Shown here piece by piece: positions 9,913-21,000 of a stretch of 64,000 bases of DNA. The notes below the pieces were generated by a model, which worked only from the letters and a program-made list of their open reading frames with translations, was not told the origin of the DNA and searched no databases. Within the stretch, counting starts at the first letter, position 1. Every line of letters begins with the position of its first letter. Position numbers and translations under genes: made by a program. The stretch comes from SAR86 cluster bacterium (lineage in GTDB: Bacteria > Pseudomonadota > Gammaproteobacteria > Magnimaribacterales > AG-339-G14): positions 2,297-66,296 of the forward strand of contig JAOIOC010000002.1 of assembly GCA_028140145.1 (NCBI GenBank), written 5' to 3'.

Positions 9913-11244
9913 ATGACAGCCGTTCTAACTTACTTAATAGCATTTGTTGTACTGATTTCGGTAATAACCATTATTCATGAGTCAGGTCATTTTTTTGCTG
10001 CAAGAATTTGCAGAGTAAAAGTTTTAGATTTCTCAATAGGTATGGGACCATCTATCCTACAGAAACAGGACAAGCATCAGACAAATTACAACATAAGAAT
10101 TTTACCAATCGGAGGATTCGTACAAATGCTAGGGGAGGGTGAGAGCTCCGCTGAAAAAGATTCCTTTCAATCAAAACCATATCATCAGAGATTATTCATA
10201 GTTCTCGCTGGTCCTATGGCTAATTTTATTTTAGCTTTCATAATCTTTGCCGGTTTGAATATTTATGGAATTCAAGAAATATCCTCTGACATCGGCCAGG
10301 TTAAAAAAGACAGTCCTGCTTATAACGCTGGAATAGAATCAGGAACCAAGATAAAACGTATTGATGAATCTTTTGTTGAAACCAGAATGGAGGTTCAATC
10401 TGCCTTATTAAGACGGCTAGGGGAAACTGGCATTATAAATATTGAAACTGAAGATTTTCAAGGCGCCACTTCTTCGCATCAGATTTATATATCTGAGTGG
10501 CTAAAGGGACAAGAACCAAATGACCTAATGAGAGATCTAGGAATGTATCTGCCTTCGGAAATAATCATTGCTCAAATGACAGAAAACGGTCCAGCTGAAA
10601 ATTCTGGACTTATGATTGGCGATAAAATTATTGCTATCGATTTCAATGAAATACAATCTTGGGAAGATCTTAAATTTTTTATCAATTCATCTGCAGGAAA
10701 AGAAATATTGGTAAGTATTTCAAGGAATAATTCCAACTTTGATTATCTTGTTCAGCCTGAGTATAGAGAATCTCCTGAACCTGCATGGTTAATTGGAATA
10801 GCAGCAAATTTGAAGATTCTTCCATCTTCGATTATAAAAAAAAGGTACGGTCTTCTTGGAGGTTCAGTTAAAGCCTTTAAGGATACTTATTCTAAATCTG
10901 CAGAATCATTAATTTTTCTAAGAAAGATGGTACAAGGCTTGATTTCGCCTAGAAATCTAGGTGGCCCGGTTATGATTGGTCAATATGCAGGAGATTCAAT
11001 TAAATATGGGGGTCTCTTTTCCTTCTTAATGTTGATGGCTCTTATCAGCATCGGATTGGGTATCATCAATCTATTGCCTATTCCGGTTCTAGATGGCGGC
11101 CAAGCCGTGATGATGACTTTAGAAAAAATAAAAGGTTCACCTCTTTCTGAAAACTTTGTAGGAATATCGTATAGGCTAGGTATTGCATTTATTGTATGTC
11201 TTATGATCTTTACCTTTTTTAATGACCTTTCTAGGATTTTTTGA
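9913..11244 (+). CDS. rseP: Site-2 zinc metalloprotease RseP
   Basis: HESGHFFAAR (HExxH), a central PDZ-like region and NLLPIPVLDGG near the C-terminus. Located upstream of bamA. Confidence 0.93.
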   Translation: MTAVLTYLIAFVVLISVITIIHESGHFFAARICRVKVLDFSIGMGPSILQKQDKHQTNYNIRILPIGGFVQMLGEGESSAEKDSFQSKPYHQRLFIVLAGPMANFILAFIIFAGLNIYGIQEISSDIGQVKKDSPAYNAGIESGTKIKRIDESFVETRMEVQSALLRRLGETGIINIETEDFQGATSSHQIYISEWLKGQEPNDLMRDLGMYLPSEIIIAQMTENGPAENSGLMIGDKIIAIDFNEIQSWEDLKFFINSSAGKEILVSISRNNSNFDYLVQPEYRESPEPAWLIGIAANLKILPSSIIKKRYGLLGGSVKAFKDTYSKSAESLIFLRKMVQGLISPRNLGGPVMIGQYAGDSIKYGGLFSFLMLMALISIGLGIINLLPIPVLDGGQAVMMTLEKIKGSPLSENFVGISYRLGIAFIVCLMIFTFFNDLSRIF

Positions 11245-13619
11245 TGAGAAAATTATTATCCTTTTTTCTATTTTTATATTCTGTTGGTACTTTTGCAGAT
11301 TCCTGGGTAATTGAAGACATAAGAGTTACTGGCCTTCAAAGAGTTTCAGCAGGATCAGTTTTTGCCTCAATGCCAGTATCTGTGGGAGATGAAATAGATC
11401 AAAGAGAAATTCAACTTGTTGCAAAGTCAATTTTTAATACTGGTAAATTCGACGATATAGAAATCGGAAGGGATGGAGGAGCCTTACTAATTAACTTGGT
11501 TGAAAGGCCTTCCATTGCATCTATAGATATTCAAGGTAACAAAGCAATAAAAACTGATGCATTACTTGAAGGACTGAGAAACTCTGATTTATACGAGGGC
11601 CAACTTTATAGAAGATCAATTGTAGAAGGGTTAAGTGTAGAGCTAGAAAGACAATATGTAGCTCAAGGTAGATACGGCGCAAAAGTTAAGGTGGAAAGTA
11701 ATAATCTGCCAAGAAACAGAGTTGCAATCTTAATCGAAGTTGATGAGGGCGAAGTGGCTCAAATTAAAGATATAAATATAGTCGGTAATCGGACGTTTAC
11801 GGATGAAGAACTTTTGAGAGGTTTTGAACTGAGCAAGGGTAATTGGTTATCTTTTATCACGAATGACAATAAATATGCTCAAGAAAAGTTGAGGGGTGAT
11901 CTCGAGACGCTAGAGTCTTTTTACAAAAACCGAGGATATGTAAAGTTCTCAGTTGACTCTAGAGTAGTTAGCGTGTCTCCAGATAAAAAATCGGTTTTTA
12001 TAACTATAGGAGTAAGAGAGGGAGGAGTCTATAAAGTTAAAGAGACTAAATTGGCTGGTGATCTCCCTTTATCAAAAGACAATCTAAGAAACTTAATTTT
12101 TGTGAAGCCAGATACAGTATTCTCACAGGAGCTCGTAACAGCATCCGAAGAATTTATTACTAATACACTTGGGAATGAAGGTTACGCCTTTGCAGAAGTC
12201 TCAGGAGTTCCTGAAATCTTAGAAGATGAACAAGCGGTAAATCTTACTTTTTTTGTCGAGCCTGGCCAAAGAACCTATGTCAGAAGAATAGAATTTATTG
12301 GAAACGAAAGGACCTATGATGTTGTGCTCAGGCGAGAGATGAGGCAAATGGAAGGAGCTTGGGCATCTAATGCTTTAATTGAAAATTCTAAACTGCGTTT
12401 AGAAAGGTTAGGTTTTTTTAAACAAGTTGAGGTTGAAACCAAGCCAGTGCCAGGTATTAGTGATCAAGTGGACATTGAGTACACCGTAGAGGAAGAATTT
12501 TCTGGTTCCATTGGAGGATCAATTGGATATGGTGCATGGGGACTCACTTTGGGTGCAAACTATTCCGAGAATAATGCTTTTGGAACTGGTAACAGATTGG
12601 TGGTAGGAATCAATAAGAATGCCTGGCAAACCAGCTATAACTTCAATTTTTTTGATCCTTACTACACCATTGATGCAGTAAGCCTTGGTTATAACGCATT
12701 TTACCGATCATCTGACTTTGGTTCTTACAATCTTGCTTCTTACTCAACAGATTCTTACGGTTTAGGAGCTCAATTTGGATTCCCTATAAGTGAAATTGAA
12801 AGATTGAATCTAAATATCTCCTACGATAATACAAAGCTGGATGCGGGTAATTTCTCGTCTTTGCAATTGAATGATTTTGTTAATCAGGAAGGAGATACAT
12901 TTGAGACTTATAAATTAACCACTACATGGTCTAGAGTTACCCTAAATAGAGGTATTTTCCCTACAGCCGGTCAATCGCATGCTGTAAGTATCCAAACCTC
13001 ACTTCCTGGCAGCAGTTTAAATTATGGAAAACTAATTTATAGAATGAAATATTATGCTCCCATGGGGAATGATTGGGTTTTTTCTTTCAGAAATCAGATC
13101 GGAATCCTAGCAGCATACGGAGATACTTCTACGCCACCATTTTTTGAACATTTCTATGCTGGGGGGATGAACTCGGTTCGTGGTTTTAGAGCAAATACTT
13201 TAGGACCAAGGTCGGAAGCAAGTGAATATGTGATTGATTCAAATGGCCAAATCGTAACTGATTCAGATGGTAACCCAATACCAAATCCGTATTACTTTTA
13301 TGAAAGAAGACCTATCGGTGGACAATACTCTCTTGAAGGCGGAGTAGACTGGATATTCCCGTTACCTATCAGCCAAGATACTCGATCTGTAAGAAGCTCT
13401 GTTTTCTTTGATTATGGAAATGTATTTAGCGACGGTTGCAAAGCTTATGAAAGAAATTGTTTTAAATTCGATACAAAAAATCTCAGATATTCCGTTGGCT
13501 TAGCCGTGACTTGGATAACACAATTAGGTCCTTTATCATTTGCTATTTCTCAAGTATTCAATAGAGATCCTTTGGAAGAAATTGAGCAGTTTCAATTTGA
13601 AATTGGTACGCAATTCTAA
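11241..13619 (+). CDS. bamA: Outer membrane protein assembly factor BamA
   Basis: Signal peptide, POTRA-like repeats (IRVTGLQRVS...) and a C-terminal beta-barrel ending in aromatic ...EIGTQF. 792 aa. Confidence 0.95.
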   Translation: MMRKLLSFFLFLYSVGTFADSWVIEDIRVTGLQRVSAGSVFASMPVSVGDEIDQREIQLVAKSIFNTGKFDDIEIGRDGGALLINLVERPSIASIDIQGNKAIKTDALLEGLRNSDLYEGQLYRRSIVEGLSVELERQYVAQGRYGAKVKVESNNLPRNRVAILIEVDEGEVAQIKDINIVGNRTFTDEELLRGFELSKGNWLSFITNDNKYAQEKLRGDLETLESFYKNRGYVKFSVDSRVVSVSPDKKSVFITIGVREGGVYKVKETKLAGDLPLSKDNLRNLIFVKPDTVFSQELVTASEEFITNTLGNEGYAFAEVSGVPEILEDEQAVNLTFFVEPGQRTYVRRIEFIGNERTYDVVLRREMRQMEGAWASNALIENSKLRLERLGFFKQVEVETKPVPGISDQVDIEYTVEEEFSGSIGGSIGYGAWGLTLGANYSENNAFGTGNRLVVGINKNAWQTSYNFNFFDPYYTIDAVSLGYNAFYRSSDFGSYNLASYSTDSYGLGAQFGFPISEIERLNLNISYDNTKLDAGNFSSLQLNDFVNQEGDTFETYKLTTTWSRVTLNRGIFPTAGQSHAVSIQTSLPGSSLNYGKLIYRMKYYAPMGNDWVFSFRNQIGILAAYGDTSTPPFFEHFYAGGMNSVRGFRANTLGPRSEASEYVIDSNGQIVTDSDGNPIPNPYYFYERRPIGGQYSLEGGVDWIFPLPISQDTRSVRSSVFFDYGNVFSDGCKAYERNCFKFDTKNLRYSVGLAVTWITQLGPLSFAISQVFNRDPLEEIEQFQFEIGTQF

Positions 13620-13696
13620 AATATTTATTGGATAATTTGCCCCGCAATCATGTAAACTTGCCGTCAAATTTATAAAATTAAGACATAAGGCATATT

Positions 13697-14227
13697 ATGA
13701 AAAAAATTACTTCCGCTTTAATTTTAGTTTCTCAACTATTTTTTGGTAGTTATTTATTAGCAAATACTGATGGAATGGCCGTTATCGACTATCAAGCAAT
13801 CTTTTTTGGAACTGATGCAGCAAGACAGGCATTTGAAGAGCTCCAAGAGTCTGATGAATATAAAGAAATCACGGATGATATTGCCTTAAAAGATGGGGAA
13901 AGAAAGGACGCTGCAGATAAGCTCGAAAAAGATGGACCCACAATGTCAGAATCTGAAAAAGCTGATCTTTATAAAAAGATTCAATCTTTAACTCAAGATT
14001 TGCAGTTTTTAGCTCAAAAGAGAGGGGCGCTCGAGCAAGAATTAGGTCAAAAATTACAAGCTGAGCAAGCAGAAACAGTTCAAAAAGTCGTTAATGAGCT
14101 AATTATTGCCAAAAAAATCAAGCTATTATTCAGAAGAGAGGCTTTAGCAGCATTTGAGGGAACTAATCCACTGATAAATATTACTCCTGAAGTAATTGAG
14201 CTCATAAATCAAGAAAGCGAAGAATAA
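13697..14227 (+). CDS. skp: Periplasmic chaperone Skp (OmpH family)
   Basis: Signal peptide followed by a charged coiled-coil body. Conserved position between bamA and lpxD. Confidence 0.8.
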   Translation: MKKITSALILVSQLFFGSYLLANTDGMAVIDYQAIFFGTDAARQAFEELQESDEYKEITDDIALKDGERKDAADKLEKDGPTMSESEKADLYKKIQSLTQDLQFLAQKRGALEQELGQKLQAEQAETVQKVVNELIIAKKIKLLFRREALAAFEGTNPLINITPEVIELINQESEE

Positions 14228-14236
14228 GATTAAATT

Positions 14237-15178
14237 TTGTCCTCAAAGCCCTATAAGCTTAGTTACATAGCAAAATATATCGGTGCCTCATTAGATGGAG
14301 ATGATATAGAGATATCATCCATGAAATCTTTGGCTTCGGCTTCTGATAAAGATATTTCATTTTTTTATAGTAATAAGTTTAAGGAAGACCTTTCAAAAAC
14401 TAACGCAGGTGCTGTTATTACAGATACTGCGAATTCAAAATACTTCAAAGGAAATAAATTAATAATAGATAACGTTCATCTGGCATATGCCAAAGCAACT
14501 GACTTATTTGCTGAATCAACTTTTTTGTCTGAAAAAAAAGGTTTATCTAAGGAAGCATTTATTAATAAAGAAGCTGTAATTTCAGATGATGTTTATGTTG
14601 GACCTGGTTGTGTGATAGAAAAAAACGTCGAGATAGGAAAGGGTTCTATTTTATTACCTAATGTAACTGTACTTTCAAATGTTTCAATTGGAGAGAATTG
14701 TATAATTCATTCAGGAACAGTAATTGGTTCAGATGGACTTGGTTTTGCTAAGGACGAAAACGATAAATGGAAAAAAATAAATCACTTAGGAAAAGTGGTG
14801 ATAAACAATGATGTCGAGATAGGATCTAATTGTACTGTTGATAGAGGTACTCTAGACGATACAATCATAGGTGAAAATGTGAAGTTAGATGATCAAGTTC
14901 ATATTGCGCATAATTGTAAAATTGGAAAATCTACAATAATGGGAGCAAATGCAACAATTGGAGGAAGCACAATCATTGGAAAAAACTGCATGATAGGTGG
15001 ACTTTGCGGTGTAGCTGACAATCTGGTTATCACAGATGGGGTCATAGTATCTCCAGTTTCGTTCATATTTAAATCAATTAATAAAGCAGGTAAATACTCG
15101 GGTTCTGCACCGCTGATGCCAAGAGAAGAATGGTTGAAAGCTTCAGCAACTTATAAAAAGTTATCAAAAAAAGATTAA
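14237..15178 (+). CDS. lpxD: UDP-3-O-acylglucosamine N-acyltransferase
   Basis: TTG start. Left-handed beta-helix hexapeptide repeats (IGENCIIHSGTVIGSDGLGF...). Position between skp and fabZ. Confidence 0.9.
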   Translation: MSSKPYKLSYIAKYIGASLDGDDIEISSMKSLASASDKDISFFYSNKFKEDLSKTNAGAVITDTANSKYFKGNKLIIDNVHLAYAKATDLFAESTFLSEKKGLSKEAFINKEAVISDDVYVGPGCVIEKNVEIGKGSILLPNVTVLSNVSIGENCIIHSGTVIGSDGLGFAKDENDKWKKINHLGKVVINNDVEIGSNCTVDRGTLDDTIIGENVKLDDQVHIAHNCKIGKSTIMGANATIGGSTIIGKNCMIGGLCGVADNLVITDGVIVSPVSFIFKSINKAGKYSGSAPLMPREEWLKASATYKKLSKKD

Positions 15179-15615
15179 TGATTGAAAAGCAAGATATAAA
15201 AAGATATCTACCTCATAGAGAACCTTTCTTATTTGTTGATGGCGTGACAGAAATAATTAAAGATGAATATATAAAAGGTTTCAAAGAGGTTAAAGAAGAG
15301 GAGTATTATTTTAAAGGTCATTTTCCTGATAACCCAATACTCCCTGGAGTAATAATCATTGAGGCATTAGCTCAAGTATCAGGAATTTTAGGTTTTGTTA
15401 CTATGAATAAGACCCCTGAAGAGGGTTCAATTTACTACTTTGTTGGAGCTGATAATGTTCGTTTTAGATCTCCAGTAGTTCCTCCTAGTATATTGACATT
15501 AGAATCTCAGAAAATTCAGGATAGGCGCGGTATATGGAAGTTTGACTGCAAGGCCTCATTGGAAGAGAATTTAGTTTGTTCTGCCACGATTTTATGTGCA
15601 GACAGACCAAAATGA
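15178..15615 (+). CDS. fabZ: 3-hydroxyacyl-ACP dehydratase FabZ
   Basis: LPHREPFLFVD and GHFPDNPILPGV motifs. TAATG overlap with lpxD. Confidence 0.95.
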   Translation: MIEKQDIKRYLPHREPFLFVDGVTEIIKDEYIKGFKEVKEEEYYFKGHFPDNPILPGVIIIEALAQVSGILGFVTMNKTPEEGSIYYFVGADNVRFRSPVVPPSILTLESQKIQDRRGIWKFDCKASLEENLVCSATILCADRPK

Positions 15616-16382
15616 TTCATGAAACTGCAATAATTGATCCCTCAGCAAAGATCGCTAAAGATGCCTCCATTGGTGCGTATTCATCTATCGGTAAAGATGT
15701 GGAGATTGGTTCAGGAACCATAATTGAATCGAATGTAGTCATTCATAAAAATTCAAAGCTTGGAAAAGACAATCATATATATCCTTTTGCAAGCATTGGA
15801 GGAGATCCTCAAGATTTAAAATACGAAGATGAAGAAACTTTCCTCAAGATTGGTAACAACAACCAAATCCGAGAGGGAGTTACCATAAATAGAGGGACTG
15901 CCCAAGAGAAAGGTTTAACATCAATTGGAAGTAATAATCTCTTTATGGCTTATTCTCATGTGGCTCATGATTGCACTTTAGATGATGATATTGTTTTAGT
16001 TAATAATGTTGCTTTAGCTGGAGTTGTAAATATTGCAAAAGGTGCAAGGTTAGGCGGATATACTTTAGTTCATCAATTCTGCAATATTGGCCCATATAGT
16101 TTTTGTGCCATGGGATCTGCAGTTTCAAAAGATATTCCTGCATTTGTAAGAGTTAGTGGAAATCCTGCCATACCAAGAGGACTGAATGTAATTGGAATAC
16201 AAAGATTAGATCTTGGAAAAGATGAGTCATCACTGTTAAAAAAATTCTATAAGCTTGTATATTTAAGAAAACTTAAACTTGATCAAGCCATCTCTGAGAT
16301 TGAAAAAGAAGTATCCGATTTTTATGAAGGAAAACTTTTTCTTGATTCAATTCAAAGTTCTGATCGAGGAATAGTTCGCTGA
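15612..16382 (+). CDS. lpxA: UDP-N-acetylglucosamine acyltransferase
   Basis: I chose the ATG at 15612 (MIHETAIIDPSAKI), which matches LpxA N-termini and forms an ATGA overlap with fabZ. The listed ORF start at 15576 would add 12 non-homologous residues. Hexapeptide repeats are present. Confidence 0.92.
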   Translation: MIHETAIIDPSAKIAKDASIGAYSSIGKDVEIGSGTIIESNVVIHKNSKLGKDNHIYPFASIGGDPQDLKYEDEETFLKIGNNNQIREGVTINRGTAQEKGLTSIGSNNLFMAYSHVAHDCTLDDDIVLVNNVALAGVVNIAKGARLGGYTLVHQFCNIGPYSFCAMGSAVSKDIPAFVRVSGNPAIPRGLNVIGIQRLDLGKDESSLLKKFYKLVYLRKLKLDQAISEIEKEVSDFYEGKLFLDSIQSSDRGIVR

Positions 16383-17497
16383 TGCCATTAAAAGTGGGGT
16401 TATGTGCCACAGAGTCATCTGGAGATATTCTCGGCTCTGACTTAATTAGAAACCTTAAATCTAAAGATCCATTAATAGAGTTTTATGGCCTTGGCGGCTC
16501 TGAAATGAGAAAAGAAGGTTTTAATTCATTTGATTCAAATGAAGAGCTTCAGGTAATGGGACTGATTGATCCAATATTTAGGATAAAGAGAATTCTTAAA
16601 AAAAGAAACGAACTAATAGATCACCTAATAGATAAAAATATAGATATTTTTATAGGAATCGATAGCCCATCGTTAAATTTAGGAATTTCCAGAATTTTAA
16701 AAAAAAAGTCTAATATCAAAACAGTGCAGTACGTATGTCCTCAGGTTTGGGCATGGAGATCGAACAGAGCAAAAAAATTTAATGATTTCTTAGATCTCGT
16801 TTTAAGTTTATTCCCTTTTGAGAAAAGGTTTCTTCAAAATTTTAGCGTTAATTCAGTTTTTGTAGGTCACCCTAAAGCATCTCACATTTCAACTAATGTT
16901 GATAAATTAAAATATAAATTGGAATTAGACTTAGATCCTGATCTAAAAACACTTTCTTTTTTACCTGGGAGCAGAAAATCTGAAATCAATGCTCATTTGC
17001 CCGTGATGATTGAAACGATTAACTCTCTGAGCAAAAGGGGAGATTATCAATTTTTAGTTCCCTTTAAGGATGAAAACGAAATTTCGAGGAATTTAGGTAA
17101 TTTAAAATCAAAAACTTACAAAATATTTATCGACAAGACAGATTCAGTTCTTGCTGCGACTGACATAGCAGTTAGTGTATCTGGTACAGCTACTCTTGAG
17201 TGCCTTTTAAATCAGGCTCCTCCAGTAGTTTGTTACAAAACAAATTTTTTTAATAACTTTCTTTTAAATCAATTTTTAAATACAAAATACATTTCACTCC
17301 CGAATATCCTTGCAGAGGAGAAATTAATCCCAGAATTGAGACAAGGTTTTGTAAATCCTGATCAAATAGAAAAAGAGCTGCTTAATATGAGCGAGGCCTC
17401 CAACTTAGATCGGATAAAAATGAAATTCCTTAAAATTCATAATTCTTTGAAAGTAAATCAAGAAGATAAATTTAACTGTCTTTTTGATTTAGTATGA
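16382..17497 (+). CDS. lpxB: Lipid-A-disaccharide synthase
   Basis: N-terminal ESSGDILGSDLI and LPGSRKSEI motifs. lpxA-lpxB-rnhB order. Confidence 0.9.
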   Translation: MPLKVGLCATESSGDILGSDLIRNLKSKDPLIEFYGLGGSEMRKEGFNSFDSNEELQVMGLIDPIFRIKRILKKRNELIDHLIDKNIDIFIGIDSPSLNLGISRILKKKSNIKTVQYVCPQVWAWRSNRAKKFNDFLDLVLSLFPFEKRFLQNFSVNSVFVGHPKASHISTNVDKLKYKLELDLDPDLKTLSFLPGSRKSEINAHLPVMIETINSLSKRGDYQFLVPFKDENEISRNLGNLKSKTYKIFIDKTDSVLAATDIAVSVSGTATLECLLNQAPPVVCYKTNFFNNFLLNQFLNTKYISLPNILAEEKLIPELRQGFVNPDQIEKELLNMSEASNLDRIKMKFLKIHNSLKVNQEDKFNCLFDLV

Positions 17498-18051
17498 TTC
17501 TCGGAGTAGACGAAGTTGGAAGAGGATCCATCGCCGGTCCGGTTGTGTCTGCTGCGGTTATTTTAGGAGAAAATAAAATCTTTGGGCTTAAGGACTCTAA
17601 AGATCTTTCAGAAAAAAAACGTATAGAATTTTCTAATCAAATTAAGGAACTATCTCTTGAGTGGTCTATTGGATTATCTTCTGTAGAGGAAATAGATAAA
17701 TATAATATCCGGGAAGCTACTAAGCTTTCAATGATAAGGGCAATAAGCAAAGTAAAAAAACCTTTTTCAAAAATAATTATTGATGGAAACGATAATTTCT
17801 TTAATGATAAATCTGTAGAATTTATAATTAAAGCAGACACTAAAATTAGAGAAGTAATGGCCGCTTCTATAATTGCAAAAGTCTATAGAGATCAATACAT
17901 GACAGAACTAGAAAATAAATTTAAAGGCTATTTTTTTGACAGACATAAAGGTTACTCAACCAAACTTCATAAGAGTATGATTAAGAAATATGGAGTCACA
18001 AATATTCATAGAAAATCTTTCAGTCCAATTAAGCAATTTCTAAATGAATAA
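17494..18051 (+). CDS. rnhB: Ribonuclease HII
   Basis: GVDEVGRGSIAGPVV catalytic motif; 185 aa. Confidence 0.93.
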   Translation: MILGVDEVGRGSIAGPVVSAAVILGENKIFGLKDSKDLSEKKRIEFSNQIKELSLEWSIGLSSVEEIDKYNIREATKLSMIRAISKVKKPFSKIIIDGNDNFFNDKSVEFIIKADTKIREVMAASIIAKVYRDQYMTELENKFKGYFFDRHKGYSTKLHKSMIKKYGVTNIHRKSFSPIKQFLNE

Positions 18052-21000
18052 ATTTTCACACTTAAATATACATTCTCAATACTCAATCTCTGATGGTTTA
18101 GTGAGATTAGATGAGCTTTCGAGCAAAGCAAAAGATTTAAATTTTGAATCTATTGCAATAACAGATGATTCAAATTTATTTGGATTTGTAAAATTTTATA
18201 AAGAAATGCGCGACAAAGGCATTAAGCCAATTTGTGGGGTAAATTTTAATTCAGTGAAAGACATTAGCGATAATTCTGAATCTGGCAAATTAACTCTTTA
18301 TGCAAAAAATTTTGAAGGTTATAGAAACCTAACAAAGTTAGTTTCCAAGTCCCATATAGAAGGAAGAATTAGATCGATACCTCATCTTAAATTGGAGTGG
18401 CTTAAAGATTTAAATGAAGGATTAATTTTATTATCTGGAGATATGGAAGGACACATCGCTGATGCAATTCTAAAAAATAATTTTGAGCTAGCCGAAGCAA
18501 GAATAGATTTTTTTAAAAAAATATTTAATGAGGATTTCTTCATTGAGATTTCCAGGTTAGGAAGAGAAAGGGAAGAAGATTACATCAATATTGTTTCATC
18601 TATGGCGGCCAAAGCAAAAATACCTCTTGTAGCAACCAATCAGGTTAGATTTATGGAAGAAGAAGAATTTGAAGCTCATGAAACTAGAGTATGTATTCAA
18701 AATGGAAATGTTCTAAGCGATCCTGCTAGAAAAAAAAATTACTTATCAACTCAATATTTCAAATCTACAGATGAAATGTTTGAGTTGTTTGAGGATATAC
18801 CAGAAGCTCTAGAAAATTCTTATTTGGTTTCTCAAAAATGTAACCTTGTTATTGAGTTAGGCAAATATATTCTTCCTGATTTTGAGACACCTAACGGTGA
18901 AACAGAAGATGATTACCTAAAAAAAATATCTATCGAAGGCCTGCATAAAATCTTTGGTGACGAAGTTAAGGAAGATTATTTTTTAAGACTAGATTTTGAA
19001 TTAAGTGTAATCCAAAAGATGGGATATTCAGGCTACTTTTTAATTGTTTCAGATTTTGTTAACTGGGCTAAAGAGAATGATGTTCCTGTTGGCCCTGGGA
19101 GGGGATCCGGAGCTGGATCATTAGTTGCATATGCCATAGGAATAACAGGATTAGATCCAATCAAATATGATCTATTGTTTGAAAGATTTCTTAATCCTGA
19201 CCGAATTAGTAATCCAGATTTTGATATAGATTTTTGTAAGGATGGTAGAGAAAAAGTAATTGAATACGTTACAAATAAATACGGACAAGATTCTGTTGCT
19301 CAAATAAGCACCTTAGGCACTATGGCTGCTAGAGCAGTTGTAAGAGATGTGGCAAGAGCTCAAGGAAAATCCTATAGCCTTGCAGATCGTCTCGCTAAAT
19401 TAATCCCTTTTCATCCTGATATGACATTAAAAACTGCATTGCAAAACAAAGAATTAAAACAAGCAATTAAAAATGATGAAGATGCAGAAGAAATTATTGA
19501 GATGTCACAGAAACTTGAAGGTTTATCAAGGAATGTGGGAAAGCATGCTGCTGGCGTTGTCATGGCTCCATCAAAAATAACAGATTTTTCTGCTCTCTAC
19601 TTAGATGAGGAAACCGGCGCAGTATCTACTCAATATGATATGAAAGACATTGAACTTGTTGGATTGCAAAAATTCGATTTCTTAGGTCTTAAAACCTTAA
19701 CAATAATGAAAAATGCCCTGAAGCTAATTAATCAGAACAGGCAGACGTTAAAACTCGAACCAATTAATTTAGATGATCTTCCTCTTGATGATTCAAAGAC
19801 GTATCAACTCCTCCAAAAAGGCTTAACTACTGCTGTTTTCCAACTGGAATCACGGGGTATTAAAGAGTACATAGTAAAGTTAAAACCGAATAACTTTGAA
19901 GATATCATTACCTTGATTGCCTTATATAGGCCTGGTCCTTTAGAAATGAACATGGTTGAAACTTATATTGAAAGAAAACATGGAAGAGAAGAATTCTCAT
20001 ATGGTGACGAATCAGTTGAAAAAATACTTGATAAAACTCACGGTGTGATTGTTTATCAAGAACAAGTGATGCAATTGGCTCAGGAATTCTCCGGTTTTAC
20101 ACTTGGTGAGGCAGATATTCTTAGAAGGGCAATGGGAAAGAAAATAGCGTCTGAGATGGAAGAACAAAAAGAACCATTTATAACAGGCGCAATTGAAAAA
20201 GGAAAAAATAAAAGATTTGCAGAAGGATTATTTGATCAAATTGAAAAATTTGCTGGCTATGGTTTTAACAGGTCTCATTCTGCTGCTTATGCCTTTATTT
20301 CTTATCAAACAGCATGGTTAAAAGCCCACTATCCAGCAGAATTTATGTCTGCTGTCTTAAGTTCAGAAATGGACGATACTGATAAGATCCAGATGCTTCT
20401 TGATGACTGCAAGCTTTTGGGCCTTAAAGTTTTACCGCCTGATATTAATTCAAGTTTTTATGAATTCAGGAATATAGACAATGAAACTCTTATGTACGGA
20501 TTGGGAGCAATAAAGGGAGTTGGTAAGTCAGCTATCGAGAGCATAATAGATAATAGAACTTTAAAAGGAAACTTCAAGACTCTCTCGGATTTTTCTAGTC
20601 GCATTGATACAGAAAAAGTAGGAAAAAGAGCTCTAGAACCGCTGATTGCATCTGGCTCAATGGATTCATTTCAATCTAGCAGGGAAGAGATGTTTGTGAA
20701 TATTGAATCTGCTTTGAAGTTTGCTAGACAGGTGTCTGAAGAGAAAAAAAGCGGCATTGATGATTTATTCGGTGACGTTGAACTACCTAACGTTATTCCC
20801 ATCACAAAAGCAAAAGCTGTTGAATTTGATAAGTCTCTTGGTGAGCTAAACTCTTTAGGATTTTATTTCTCATGCCATCCTATGGATGAATATAAATGGG
20901 AAATTGAGCAAATTTGCCCTAATAGGATTTCTAGTCTCAATGAAGATAAGAATATTCAAAGGTGTGCAGGTGTTATAACTACCAAAAGGACAATTCAAGG

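Noticed and set aside
15576-15611. N-terminal extensions in the ORF track for lpxA (15576), tas (26294), elaA (27370), nusA (53201), truB (57331) and ychF (to 61907).
   Set aside because: The extra residues are not homologous to the known N-termini of these families. Downstream ATGs give canonical N-termini and the ATGA/TAATG junctions typical of this genome.
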